Positions 22,600 through 34,800 of a stretch of 64,000 nucleotides of DNA are shown here, piece after piece; positions within the stretch are counted from its first letter, which is position 1; every line of letters starts with the position of its first letter. The notes below the pieces were generated by a model that worked only from the letters and a program-made list of their open reading frames with translations, had not been told where the DNA came from and searched no databases. The position numbers were made by a program, and so were the translations under genes. This DNA comes from Mobula hypostoma (Eukaryota): the NCBI RefSeq assembly GCF_963921235.1, contig NC_086097.1:163062001-163126000 (forward strand). The letters run 5' to 3'.

Positions 22600-23550
22600 T
22601 TTTATTATTGTTGTATTCAAAGTACATTCCTTCTCAAAGAACCTAAATTAAACAACCTTGAGATTCGTTTGCTTACAGGCAGTCACAAAGCAAGGAACCC
22701 AAAAGACCCCAATAAAACAATAAAGACCAACCTCCAACACGTACAGAGAAAGAAAGAGAAAAACAAATCATGCAAACAATAGAAGCCACCAACAACGGCA
22801 TTCCAAAACAAATTGAGTCCTTCGATCCAATTCCCTGCAGCACCAGAGTAGACCGAAAGCCTTGGTATTCAGTTCATCACATCATCAAGGCATATCACAG
22901 TGAAGCTCAGAGAAACGAAGCACAGCAGGCAGGGGCAGTCTCACAGTCTTAGTGTTGTGGCGAGGCGCCCCCAGAAAACCTGGGCCAGCATTTAAATTGT
23001 CCGAACACGGTTTACCGGGAACCAGATCCCACCACAGCGAATCGGGCCGGGCCTAGATTTCGCTGCTGAAGAAGACATTCTCCACCTCTCCAAGTCAGCT
23101 CAGCCACCCAGAGCAATCCAACCTCACCCAACTCTCGACACCTCGTCCTTCCAGTCTATATAGGCTGGCATTTGGATTGTCCCTCACATTAGGACCCGGG
23201 TCTTGCTGCAGCGAATTGCTCTGGGCAAGGGACAAGCCACCCAGTGATTCGCTTTGGACCTGGATTTCGCTGCCGAAGGAGCCATTCTCAACCTCTCCAA
23301 ATCAGCTCGACACTTAAGTGATCCATCCTTACACCCAGGCCAGCTGGACAGGAATCAGAACTCCTCTGTCCCACCATATTCCTGCTGAACTGTCCACTCC
23401 AATCAGCATGGCTCCAACTCCAAATGCATCGATATTGCAGTGGATCAGCAGGGCACAACTCGTGAATTTGCTTTGCTTTCGCTTGCCCCTTCGTTGTTTG
23501 CAGTGATGGTTCCCCATAATTCACCTCAAAAGTGTTATTAGTAATGTTTT
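22600..23550 (-). mobile_element. Probable non-autonomous retroelement with internal duplication
   Basis: Rex1-like tail at the left end. The unit GATTTCGCTGCYGAAG...ACCTCTCCAARTCAGCTC is duplicated at about 23056-23101 and 23262-23308. Confidence 0.45.
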
Positions 23551-23669
23551 TAATCAAATTTCTTGGAAAAAGTTGGATATATCCAGTTATTAAAAGTACT
23601 TTTCAACAAATTCATAAACATATGGTTCTGATAATGAATTGCAACTAATGTTGCAGTGGAATACGAATT

Positions 23670-24260
23670 GGAATGGATTTATTATTGCCATATGTACTGA
23701 GGTAAAGTGAAAAAACTTGATTTGCATACTGTTCATACAGATCAATTACTTCAACAGCGTGTTGAGTTAGAACAAGATAAAACAACAGGATACAGAGTGA
23801 AGTACAACAGTTACAGAGAATGTGCAGTGCAGATAAATAATGAGGTGCAAGATCAGCACAGTGAGGTAGATTGTTAGGTCAAAAGTCTGTTTTATTGTAC
23901 AAGAGACATCCATACAATGGGGGGGGGGGGGGGTGTTGTAAAAGCTGTCTCTGAGCCTGCAGTCTGGTGCTTTCAGACTTTTGTACCTTCTGCCCGATGG
24001 GAGGGGGGAGGGGGGAGAACGTCCAGGGTAGGTGGGGCCTCCATTATGCTGGCAGGTTTACTACAGCAGAGGTACAGGCAGAGTCCACAGAGGGAAGGCT
24101 GGTTCCTGTGATGTGCTGAGCTGTGTCCACAACTCTCTTCAGTTTACAGTGGTCACTGACAGTCACAATACACAGCTGTGATGCAACCAGACAGGAAGCT
24201 TAATGGTAAGGATCAATTAAAACTTGCCAAAATCCTCTAGCCTCCTACAGAGATAGAAGC
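23670..24260 (-). mobile_element. Rex1/Babar 3' fragment, degenerate
   Basis: Resembles the other Rex1 3' ends in the window (TACCTTCTGCCCGATGG; TTTATTATTGCCA tail). Confidence 0.6.
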
Positions 24261-24904
24261 AATAAACAGTTGTTTTTGTCAAACCCACATTTATTTGTCC
24301 TGTTTCTACCACTCTCTGCCCCAATGGCATTACAAGTCACGTCACTGACCAATGCATCTTATTCTATATCCACAATCAAATGGGATCATTCGGTGGTTTA
24401 TCTGCAGTATCCACATTATAAATGTCCCGTTCTTAAAGCATTATCTAGTACAGGACCAGTTTCATCAGTGTAAATATCACTATAACTTAAACTCTGTCTA
24501 TACACATGTCTTGGAGTATTAATGGTAAAAAAAACAGGAAAGAAATTGTATAATTTATTAGAGTATTAATATGTTGTCCATATTTTGTCCGTCTGGAAAC
24601 TTGGATGCAATAAATCCGTTCACTCAGAATTGACTGGGTCTGCACAACAGGTGAACATTCACATTCTTATTCTAAACTGGAAACACCGAGAACCAATAGC
24701 ATCAATTCTTTCCTGTTCCCAGCAACTCAGTCCCCAGTCATACTCACACTTCTATCGCAGACAACAAAGGGGTCTGTAATGTCAAGTGCTTAAACAACAA
24801 CTCCATTCACAACTCTGTTCAAGCCTGATCGAATGAATGGAGTGGAAAGTAGAGAAAAAAAGATCACAGTCCTGTATAGCACAAGAAACTATATTCATAA
24901 TGGG

Positions 24905-25416
24905 ATCACTGTGGTGGCCAGTGCGATCATGTTTGCTGTTGTGTGCTGGGGCAGCAGGCTGAGGGTAGCAGACACCAACAGAATCAACAAACTCATTCAT
25001 AAGGCCCGTGATGTTGTGGGGATGGAACTGGACTTTCTCACGGTGGTGTCTGAAAAGAGGGTGCTGTCCAATTTGCATGCCATCTTGGACAATGTCTCCC
25101 ATCGACTACATAATGTACTGGTTGGGCATAGGAGTACATTCAGCCAGAGACTCATTCCGCCGAGATGCAACACTGAGCGTCATAGGAAGTCATTCCTACC
25201 TGTGGCTATCAAACTTTACAACTCCTCCCTTGGAGGGTCAGACACCCTGAGCCAATAGACTGGTCCTGGACTTATTTCCATCTGGCATAATTTACATATT
25301 ATTATTTAATTATTTGTGGTTTTATATTGCTATATTTATACTCTATTCTTGGTTGGTGCAAATGTAACGAAACTCATTTTCCCTCGGGATCAATAAAGTA
25401 TGTCTGTTTGTCTGTC
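24905..25416 (+). mobile_element. Rex1/Babar LINE 3' fragment
   Basis: VASAIMFAVVCWGS...RCNTERHRKSFLPVAIKLYNSS, with tail GGGATCAATAAAGTATGTCTGTTTGTCTGTC. Confidence 0.85.
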
Positions 25417-25898
25417 ATTTTGTGCGGATGTAGAATCCGGTGAAATGTTGCTTATAAATCTTTGAGCTATGGATTTCTGAATTTTGCTCTGTAGATCTTG
25501 GGTGGTCAGAGATACCACCAAGGAAAGTCTATTAAAAGTGAAATATTCCTCAAATACTGTAGTATTGAAACTGGAATTGGTTTATTATTGCCAAATACTG
25601 AGGCACAGTGAAAAGTACACCTTACATACTGGGTTCATATAGATCAAATCATTACATAGTGCATTGTACTCAGAGAGGTATGGGTGGCATTGTAAAAGAA
25701 ACATGGAAAGTTAAGAGTGGCAGTCCGGCAACTAATTGAAAAGACGAATGAAATGCTGGCCTTTCATTCAAAGGAGATGGGGGACAAACATAGGAAAGGC
25801 TTGTTATAGCTGGAGTCATAATGAGATACAGCACGGGAAAAAACTTTTCGGCCCAAGTCCATGTCTATCAACCATCTATTAGTGCTAATCCTTAATTA

Positions 25899-26172
25899 GG
25901 CGCCACGGTAGCATAATGGTTAACACAATGCTTTACAGTACTAGTGACCTGGGTTCAATCCTCATCACTGTCTGGAAGGAGTTTGTATGTTCACTCCAGG
26001 ACTGCATGGGTTTCCTCCAGGTGCTCCAGTTTCCTCCCACAGTCCAAAGATGTACTGGTTGGCCATGATAAATTCTCCTGTGATTAGGCTAGGGTTAAAT
26101 CGGGGGTTGCTGGGTGGCACAGCTCAAAGTGCTGGAAGGGCCTATACCACACTGTATCTCAGTAAATAAATA
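25899..26172 (+). mobile_element. tRNA-derived V-SINE (HE1-like)
   Basis: A-box GTAGCATAATGG, B-box GGTTCAATCC, V-domain GGGTTTCCTCCAGGTGCTCCAGTTTCCTCCCACAGTCCAAAGA and an (AAAT)n tail. Confidence 0.85.
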
Positions 26173-26174
26173 CG

Positions 26175-27850
26175 TTACTTTACTTTATTTGTCGCCAAAC
26201 AATTGATACTAGAATGTACAATCATCAGAGCAATACTTGATTCTGCGCTTCCTGCTCCCTGGATTACAAATCAATAGTAAATATAAAAAATTTAAATTAT
26301 ATATTATAAATAGAAAATAGAAAAATGGAAAGTAAGGTAGTGCAAAAACACCGAGATGCAGGTCCAGATAGTTGGAGGGTACGGCCCAGATCCGGCTCAA
26401 GATCCGTTCAGCAGTCTTATCACAGTTGGAAAGAAGCTGTTCCCAAATCTGGCCGTACAAGTCTTCAAGCTCCTGAGCCTTCTGCCGGAGGGGAGAGGGA
26501 CAAAACGTGTGTTGGCTGGGTGGGTCGTGTCCTTGATTATCCTGGCAGCACTGTTCCAACAGCGTGCAGTGTAAAGTGAGTCCAAGGACAGAAGATTGGT
26601 TTGTGTGATGTGCTGCCATGTTCACGATCTTCTGCAGCCTCATCCGGTCTTGGACAGGACAACTTCCATACCAGGTTGTAATGCACCCTAGAAGAATGCT
26701 TTCTACAATGCATCTATAAAAATTAGTGAGAGTTTTAGGGGACAGGCCAAATTTCTTTAGTTTTCTCAGGAAGTAAAGGTGCTGGTGGGCCTTCTTGGCA
26801 GTGGACTCTGCTTGGTTTGACCAAATCAGGTCATTTGTGATATTGACCCCAAGGAACTTAAAGCTTTTGACCTGTTCCACTTGCGCACCACCGATGTAAA
26901 TTGGGTCCTGCGGTCCGCTACTCCTTCTGAAGTCAACAACCAATTCCTTCGTCTTGCTGACGTTGAGGGATAGGTTATTGTCTTCGCACCATGCTACCAG
27001 GTTCTTAATTTCCTCTCTGTATTCAAACTCATCATTACCCGAGATACGGCCTACAATTGTTGTGTCATCAGCAAACTTATATATTGAGTTCGATGGAAAC
27101 TTGGCTACACAATCATGGGTGTACAGTGAGTACAGCAGGGGGCTGAGTACACAGCCTTGTGTGGCACCGGTGCTCAGAGTGATTGTAGAGGAGAGCTTAT
27201 CCCCTATTTTTACAGCCTGGGTCCTGTCTGTGAGGAAGATGAAGATCCAGCTGCAGATCTGAGTGCTAAGGCCCAGGTTCCAGAGCTTAGGAATCATTTT
27301 TTTTGGAATGATGGTATTAAAGGTAGAGCTGTAGTCAATGCAAAGGAGCCTTATGTATGTGTCTTTATTCTCCAGGTGTTCTAAGGAGGAATGTAGGGCC
27401 AGAGAGATGGCATCTGCCGTTGACCTGTTGCTCCGGTAGGCAAATTGCAAAGCATCGAGGTTGACCAGTAGGTTGTGGTTGATGTGTGCCATAACCAATC
27501 TCTTGAAGCACTTCATAGCAATTGATGTCAGAGCTACAGGTCAATTGTCATTCAGGCATGCCGCCTTGCTCTTCTTCGGCATTGGGATTATCGTTGCCTT
27601 CTTAAAACACGAGGGGATCTTAGACTGAAGCAAGGAACAGTTGAAGATGTCAGCAAACACTCCAGCTAGCTCACTTGCACAGGCCCGGAGAACTTGTCCT
27701 GGGACACCATCTGGGCCCGTCACCTTCCTTTGATTTATCTTCAGGAAGGGCTTTCTAATGTCCTCCTCGGTGACGATGAATCTCGATGCCACCAGGTCCG
27801 GTTCATCCAGAGGGAGCGGGACGCTCCTCTTGTGTTCGAATCTATGCCAT
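26175..27850 (-). mobile_element. Rex1/Babar LINE, 5'-truncated and relatively young
   Basis: RT ORF pieces 27541-27873 and 26209-27516 ([40 protein letters not shown]). Tail TACTTTACTTTATT on the plus strand. Confidence 0.93.
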
Positions 27851-27859
27851 GTGAAAACC

Positions 27860-27945
27860 CACACATACTTCACTCTTGGTCAGGAATGAATCCAGATCTC
27901 TGGCACTGTGAGGCAGCAGCTCTACCGGCTACATCTCCATGCTGC
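27860..27945 (-). mobile_element. tRNA-derived SINE head (HE1/V-SINE-like), degenerate
   Basis: Minus strand reads GTAGCCGGTAGAGCTGCTGCCTCACAGTGCCAGAGATCTGGATTCATTCCTGACC. Confidence 0.6.
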
Positions 27946-28560
27946 TTATATGGTTTTTGGTGAAATCATACCTGGACTACAGTGTATTCTCTTTTTTTTT
28001 TATTTAGAATTTTTTTTTTTAATTTTATTTTTATTTGGATAAGGAATTCACAATTATCATGTACTTTTTTCACACGTATAACCTTCTCCATTTTTTTATA
28101 TGTATAAAACTACAATTATTTATACATTCTTAAGTACACATTGAGATGATATAAAAGGAAAATAAACATTTAAATAGATAATTATGTACTGTGGTAAATC
28201 TAACGTATTAGGCTAAGTAATGAAATTAGTTGTTAAGAAAAATGGTAATAATAGTTTCCATACAACCCTTCTGGACCATTTCCACTGGTCCAAAATGTTG
28301 CATACAAGCCTATATACCAACCATTGTAGGTGTTTATATCCCAATTTGTTCGTGCTTGTTCCTGCCCGCAGACATAATTATCCAATCCCTATGTACTTAT
28401 TTACTTAATTTTTTCATTTTTTTTTATCCCTTTCCCAAATCTTTCCCTTTACTTGTGTTAATTCTCTATTTTAAAAAAAAAACAAACATTTAGACTAGGG
28501 GTGCTTACGTTAGCAATATTACTGTGTTGATGAGAAGAGCAATATAAATCATTAGGAGAG

Positions 28561-31500
28561 TCATCTAAAGTCTGCTCGCATTGGGGTTATATATTCAATC
28601 CATTTATTCCAGATTTGATAAAATGTTTCTTTTTGAGTTCTCAGGGAGTAAGTCAACTTTTCCATTTTAAATATTTCCAAGATAATTTCGTACCAACCTT
28701 CTAATGTAGGTGGTATTGGATTTAGCCATTTTCTAGTGATTGATTTCTTACTTGCCGCTAAGAGGGCCTGCAGCAACTTTATATCTTCCTTCTGTTCAAG
28801 GAACAATACATGCCCCAAATAGAGCGTCTCAAAGTTCAGAGGTATCTGGGACCTAAGTACCTTGACTAATGTTCTATGAATACCTTCCCAAAATAGACTT
28901 AATTTAGGGCAATCCCAGAAAATATGAAAATGATTTGCCTCCTTGGAGCCACACCTTCTCCAACACATCACATTTGTATCTTTATATTTTTCCTGATATG
29001 GGGTCTTGAAGTATCTTATAATGTTTTTCCAACAATGTTCTCTCCAAGTCAAAGAATTAGTCGAGGACCATTGAAAGCTGCAGATTTTCCCCCAAGCCTC
29101 CTCTGAAAGTACCAACCCCGCTTCTTTCTCCCACTTCTCTTTAATATACAGTGTATTAACATTTTTAGCATGGGAGAGTGCATTATATAGGCGAGAAACT
29201 GATTTACTAGGTATTGAACTGCAAGCCGAATTCAGAATCTTGAAAAATTCTAATTCTACTGTTGATAGGTCTGTATATCTACAACTCTGGTTAACATAGT
29301 TTCGTATTTGAAGGTACCTAAAAAAGTCATTATGTTCTAGGCCATGTTTGTCCTGCAGGATTTGGAAACTTTGTAATACTCTTTTATCTATAAATGAGAG
29401 GTAGGTTGTAAGACCTTTCTTTATCCATAGCTCAAATCTTTTATCTCCTCTGTTGGGAAGGAATTCGGTATCATATGCACACCATCTAAAGAGTTTTAAC
29501 ATGTTATTAATTCCACATGAATTAACCACCTTCTGCCATACTTTTAATGTAAGATTTATCCAAGCATTATTAAATTTTTCCAACTGGGCCATCAATCCTT
29601 TGTCAGCTATTGAGGCCCGAAGAGGAAAACTGTCAACTAATCCAAATTCTATTTCCTTCCATCTAGCCTTATATTCCCTATTACACCAATATAACAGAGG
29701 GGTTATCTGTGAGGCATAAAAATAATTTCTCAGGCAAGGAAGAACCATACCTCCTCCTTCCTTCCCTAACTGTAAGGTGTTTTATCGAATTCTAGGTTTC
29801 CTTCCTTGCCAAATGAAGCGGGAAATCCATTTGTCCCATTCCCTGAATTGATTATCATCCACCTCCACTGGTAAAGTACGGAAAAGATATAATAACCGAG
29901 GAAGAATATTCATTTTTATAGTATTTATCCTTGAATTTAAACTTAAAAAGGGGATAAGATTCCATCTATGCATATCTGCTTTCATCTCTGAGATTAATGG
30001 CCCATAATTTACCTGTGACAGTGTTGAAAGATCCTTCGGCAGGGTTATTCCTAAATATTTTAATGATTTAGCTTCCCACTTAAGATCGTATGTATCCTGC
30101 AATTTTTTGGATGGTGTATAATTTAGGGACATAACCTGCGTTTTCTTTACATTTATTTTATAACCTGATATTTTCCCAAAGTCATCCAACAGTGTAAACA
30201 ATCCTATAACTGATTTTTCTGGTTCACTCAGATAGACCAAAACATCATCTGCGAATAACGCCACTTTCTGTTCAATCCCTGCCACCTTGATACCTTTTAC
30301 GATTTCGCTCTGTCTTATTAGTTGGGCATGTGGTTCAATATATAGCGCAAAAAGGAGAGGAGAAATTGGGCATCCCTGTCTAGTGCCTCTCTCTAAAATG
30401 AAGGAGTCAGAGAGGTCCCCATTTATCTTAATTCGGGCTGTAGGGCTGTCATATAGAGTCTGAATTACTTTAATAAACCTTTCTTGAAAGCCGAATCTTC
30501 CTAACACTCTGTATAGGGATGCCCAACTAACCGAATCAAAAGCTTTCTCAGCATCCAATCCTACTACCATTGTCTCTGTCTCGTTCTTATTAACCTGTTC
30601 TAATATGTGCAGAGTTCTCCTTATGTTGTCCTGTGTTTGTCTTTGTTGAATAAATCCAGTCTGGTCTAAATGGATTAGGCCAGGTAAAAGCTTTTCCAAT
30701 CTGCGCGCTAATATAGATGTAAATAGTTTGTAATCTAAATTAAGAACACTAATTGGCCGATAATTGCCACATTCTAGTTTATCTTTACCCTCTTTAGGAA
30801 TAACTGAAATAATCGCTTCTCTCCAGGAAGGTGGAGTTTCTCCTCTCTGCAAGATCCAATTAAAGGTGTTAAGTAGTAATGGGGCTAACTGTGTCTTCAG
30901 GGACTTGTACCACTCTGAGGTAAACCCATCAGAACCCGGGGACTTTCCAGCCTCTAACCTAGAGATGGCCACGTTCAGTTCTTTGACAGTTACTGGTTCT
31001 AATAAACTTTCATTCTGTAAATCTGTAAGTTTAGGTAGATCTAAAAAATTCAATACACTGTCTATATAGGGCTCATTGGGGGCCCGGGGTTGGGAGTACA
31101 GCTCTCGATCATATGTTTCAAAACTCTCTTGAATTTTCCCTACTGTACTCTCCACAAGCTTTGTCTTTGGATTCTTTATTTTATGAATTGTATTGTCTGC
31201 TTGTTGTTTTCGTAATTTATATGCTAATAATCTAGCTGATTTACCTCCTACTTCATAATTCTTTTGTCTCAGGTAAAGAAAATTTCTTTGAGTTTCCAAC
31301 GTATAAATATCATCAATTTCACTTTGCAATTTCCTAATTTCCTGTTTTCGATTTGAATTACTTTTGTTGCTATCTACAACTTGAAGTTGTTTTAATTTTC
31401 CTTGAAGGTCTGCTAATTTTTGTGCATTGATTTTTTTCATGTGAGTAGTAATGGAAATAATTTTCCCTCTCAGTACAGCTTTCAATGTATCCCATAAAAT

Positions 31501-32344
31501 CACTGGTGATGTTTCTCCCATGTCATTAAGGTCTAGATATTCTTTGATTTCTCCCCTTAATCTCTCCATTACTTTCGGGTTATTGAGTATATGTGAGTTT
31601 AGCCTCCATAGTGTTTTCCTCATTTTCCTTTCCAGGATTAGAGACATAGAGACTGGGCTATGATCCGACAGATCAATTGTTGCAATATTACAGTTTTTTA
31701 TCCTGAGTCTATCTGTATTAAAGATAAAGAAATAGTCTATCCTTGAATAGGCTGAATGAGGGAAAGAGTAATATGTCTTTACTAGTAGGGTGTAATTCCC
31801 TCCAGACATCTATAATTCCCAACTCCTCCATCAATGAATTCACTTTCTGAGTCAGAGGTTTATTCTGAGTAACTATTCTTGAAGAATCTAATATAGGATT
31901 TAATCTAATATTAAAATCCCCTCCACAAATTACTACCCCTCGAGAACTGACCATTAGGTCTAAAATGTGTCTATAAAATGACCATTCACTACCTGGAGGA
32001 GCATAAACATTCAGCAATGTTATTTCTGTACCTTCTATTCTTCCTGTGATTTTTACAAACCGTCCTTCTTTGTCTCTAGTCTCTGAAATATGTTTATAAT
32101 TAAGAGTACTTGATATTAAAGTAGCTACCCCTCTTTTGTGACTCAATTTATATGATGAATAAAATACATGCTTAAAGCCTATTCTTTTTAATTTTCCATG
32201 TTCAGATTGGCTCATATGTGTTTCCTGGAGGAAAGCTATTTGTGCCCTCTCTTTTTTCAATTTAGACATAATCTTATTTCTTTTAATTGGATTCAAAACC
32301 CCATTAACATTATAGGAAATTATTTTTACCAATTCAGTTTGCAT
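28561..32344 (-). pseudogene. L1 ORF2 (APE endonuclease, RT, CCHC) with one frameshift (~31777) and one in-frame stop (29782-29784)
   Basis: SYNVNG, FLQETH, GGDFN, SRIDY, SDH, GNYRPIS, RQGCPISP, FADD and CWRRCGSKEANHFHIFWDC. Confidence 0.95.
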
Positions 32345-32706
32345 TTTTCTCTGGTAGGAAAAAAGCACTCTCCTTTTCTAACCAAACAGTAAGCAATCCC
32401 TTCTCAACAGTAAACCAAGACATATAACCACACCCTAGACATTTCTGAACGTATAACATTTGAAAATTTTTCCCGACTTCCCACAGTGAGGCCTGAGCAC
32501 CGACCCACCTCAGTTCAGAGGGATAACCTCTATCTTCACCCTGTGTTAGAGGGCCCTCAGCAGTTTGAATAATCATAGAGAATTTTCTCCTATTTATGTC
32601 TCGACCATATTGCTATCATTCAAGTTATTCCGCCTAGTTTATTTTCAGTTACCAGTTTTCATTTTACTTTTAAGTCCGATTTACTCTTTTCAGTCATTTC
32701 TCTTAA

Positions 32707-33684
32707 TTAATCTGTATTCTCTGTACATTCGCGTCTGAATATTTGCAGCTTTTCCTTGTAGTTTGACACTCTGGTTCGAGTGGAGCGTCCTCGCCCCACT
32801 AACTGCCACGACTTCTGCCGAATCCTCTCCAGTAGCGACTCCGATTGGGTGATAACTTTAATAGGTAGTCCCCGGTCCGCCATTGCCTCCTCCACCGTAG
32901 CGTAAGTTTTTGTCCCTTCGTCGTAAAAGACACTCAGCCGAGCTGGATACAGGGTCTGGAATCTGATGTTGTTTTCCTTCAGGACCCTCCGTGTTTCCGT
33001 ATATTCCTTCCGTCTGGCAAGAATCCCCGGTGCGTAGTCGTGGTCTAAACTGATTTTGCAGTTGTTCCACATGAATCCTTTCTTTTGCCATGCTCTTTTA
33101 AGCACCTCTTCCTTCGTTCTGTAACTGAGAAATCTGATCAGAATCGATCTGGGCTGGGCGCCTGCCGGAGGCTGTGGTGCCAACGCGCGGTGAGCCCTTT
33201 CTATCTGTAGGTCTTTTGCGGCCGGTATATCAAGGTTCTCTCTAAGCAGCTTCTCCACGAAGGGAATCATCAATCCGGGTTTACCTTCGGTTCCTTCGGG
33301 AACTCCGTAGATCCTCAGATTTTCCCTTCTCAAGCGGCCTTCTTGATCTATTAGTTTCCACTGGAGCTGGTGTTGTAGCTTCAGCATTTCTGCTATCACT
33401 TCCTCGGCGTTTTGTAGCTTCTCTTCAATTCCAACAATCCTCGCTTCGGCTTCATCTATCCGCAAGTTAGTTTTTACTATTTCTCCTTTAATATCTTCCA
33501 GCTGTTTGCTGTTATCTTGTCGGAACTCGCGAATCTCTCCGAGAATCAAAGACAGAGTCACCGATTCCCCCTCATTATCTCCGTCCTGGCTTGCCGTGGG
33601 GGAGCTAGGCCCATCGCCTTGCTGCGTCTCTTTATGTTTATCAGTCTTCGAAGCGGACTTTTTATTCTTGTTCTTAGACATCAT
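32707..33684 (-). CDS. L1 ORF1 protein (coiled coil, RRM, CTD), open 325 aa
   Basis: Heptad region followed by the L1 ORF1p motifs RRENLRIYGVPE and IERAHR. Confidence 0.93.
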   Translation of the reverse strand: MMSKNKNKKSASKTDKHKETQQGDGPSSPTASQDGDNEGESVTLSLILGEIREFRQDNSKQLEDIKGEIVKTNLRIDEAEARIVGIEEKLQNAEEVIAEMLKLQHQLQWKLIDQEGRLRRENLRIYGVPEGTEGKPGLMIPFVEKLLRENLDIPAAKDLQIERAHRALAPQPPAGAQPRSILIRFLSYRTKEEVLKRAWQKKGFMWNNCKISLDHDYAPGILARRKEYTETRRVLKENNIRFQTLYPARLSVFYDEGTKTYATVEEAMADRGLPIKVITQSESLLERIRQKSWQLVGRGRSTRTRVSNYKEKLQIFRRECTENTD

Positions 33685-34068
33685 CCTTGCCTCTTTTATT
33701 AATATAGTTATGCAATATTAAGTATTTGTCTAAATTCGATTTTGGGGCAGTTTACCTTCTTTTTTGTCGAGAGACCTTTTCCTTACGCCGCCATTCCCTT
33801 GATGACCCGGAAGTCCCCGGACTACAGTGTATTCTCATTTAAACAAGGTTATGTTTGGATGCAGTGAAGAGGAGGTTCACTGAATGATCCCCAAGTTCTA
33901 AGAATTATTTTATGAGCAATGAATTAAGCAAATGGAATTTATGTTCCCTGGAGTTCAGAAGAATGAGAAGAAACAGTGAAAGATTCTGCGGTAGCTCAAT
34001 AAGGTTTCTCCTCTTGGAGGAATCCAAACTCAAGAAAGAATCTCAGGGTAAAAGGAATGATCATATAA

Positions 34069-34527
34069 CAACACTTTATATTCCCCCTGGGTAGCCTCCA
34101 ACCTGATGGCATGAACATTGACTTCTCTAACTGCCGTTAATGCCCCACCTCCCCTCCGTACCCCATCCGTTATTTTTTATTATTATTGTTTTCTCTCTCT
34201 CCTTTTTCTCCCTCTGTCCCTCTCACTATACTCCTTGCCCAACCTCTGGGCTTCCCCCCTCCCCCTTTCTTTCTCCCTAGGCCTCCCATCCCAAGATCCT
34301 CTCATATCCCTTTTGCCAATCAACTTTCCAGCTCTTGGCTCCATCCCCCACCTCCTGTCTTCTCCTATCATTTCAGATCTACCCCCCCCTCCCACTTTCA
34401 AATTTCTTACTATCTCTTCTTTCAGTTAGTCCTGACGAAGGGTCCCGGCCCGAAACTTCGACTGTACCTCTTCCTATAGATGCTGCCTGGCCTACTGCAT
34501 TCACCAGCAATTTTTATGTGTGTTGCT
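34069..34527 (+). mobile_element. Penelope-like 3' fragment with hammerhead motif
   Basis: Similar to 6915-7390. Flanked by TGATCATATAA / TGACCATATAA (34058-34068, 34528-34538). Confidence 0.88.
34428..34463 (+). ncRNA. Minimal hammerhead ribozyme motif (Penelope)
   Basis: AGUC CUGACGA AGGGUCCCGGCCC GAAAC UUC GACU. Confidence 0.7.
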
Positions 34528-34644
34528 TGACCATATAAGATGGCCATTTGCAGATGGTACACAAACAGCCATCTTATATGGTCATTCCTTTTACTCTGAG
34601 ATTCAGCGAGACGGGCCACTTCTCCACATCACCAAACTCCTCTC

Positions 34645-34800
34645 CTTGTGGAGTTTGCAAATTTTCCCTTTGAACTCCAGATGCACCAATTTCCTCCAAA
34701 GATATGTAGGTTGGTTGGGTAATTGCTCACTATAAATTGTCCTTTGTGTGTAGGCGAGTGGTAGAATCTGGCGGAAGTAGATGGGAATGCGAGGACTGGT
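34645..34800 (+). mobile_element. V-SINE fragment
   Basis: TGTGGAGTTTGCA...TTTCCTCC...TAAATTGTCCTTTGTGTGTAGG. Confidence 0.6.

Larger units (their letters stand above)
27992..33818 (-). mobile_element. Full-length LINE-1 clade element, 5827 bp
   Basis: 5' UTR, ORF1, spacer, ORF2, 3' UTR and poly(A) are all present. Perfect 18-bp TSD GGACTACAGTGTATTCTC at 27974-27991 and 33819-33836. Confidence 0.97.

Noticed and set aside
24756..24779. Plus-strand RRQQRGL, resembling the LAMA1 exon 1/2 junction
   Set aside because: Wrong strand, followed immediately by a stop, and no signal peptide or splice donor. Coincidence.
25899..25970. tRNA genes (also at 36215-36287 and 51120-51190)
   Set aside because: Cloverleafs are incomplete and continue into SINE bodies.
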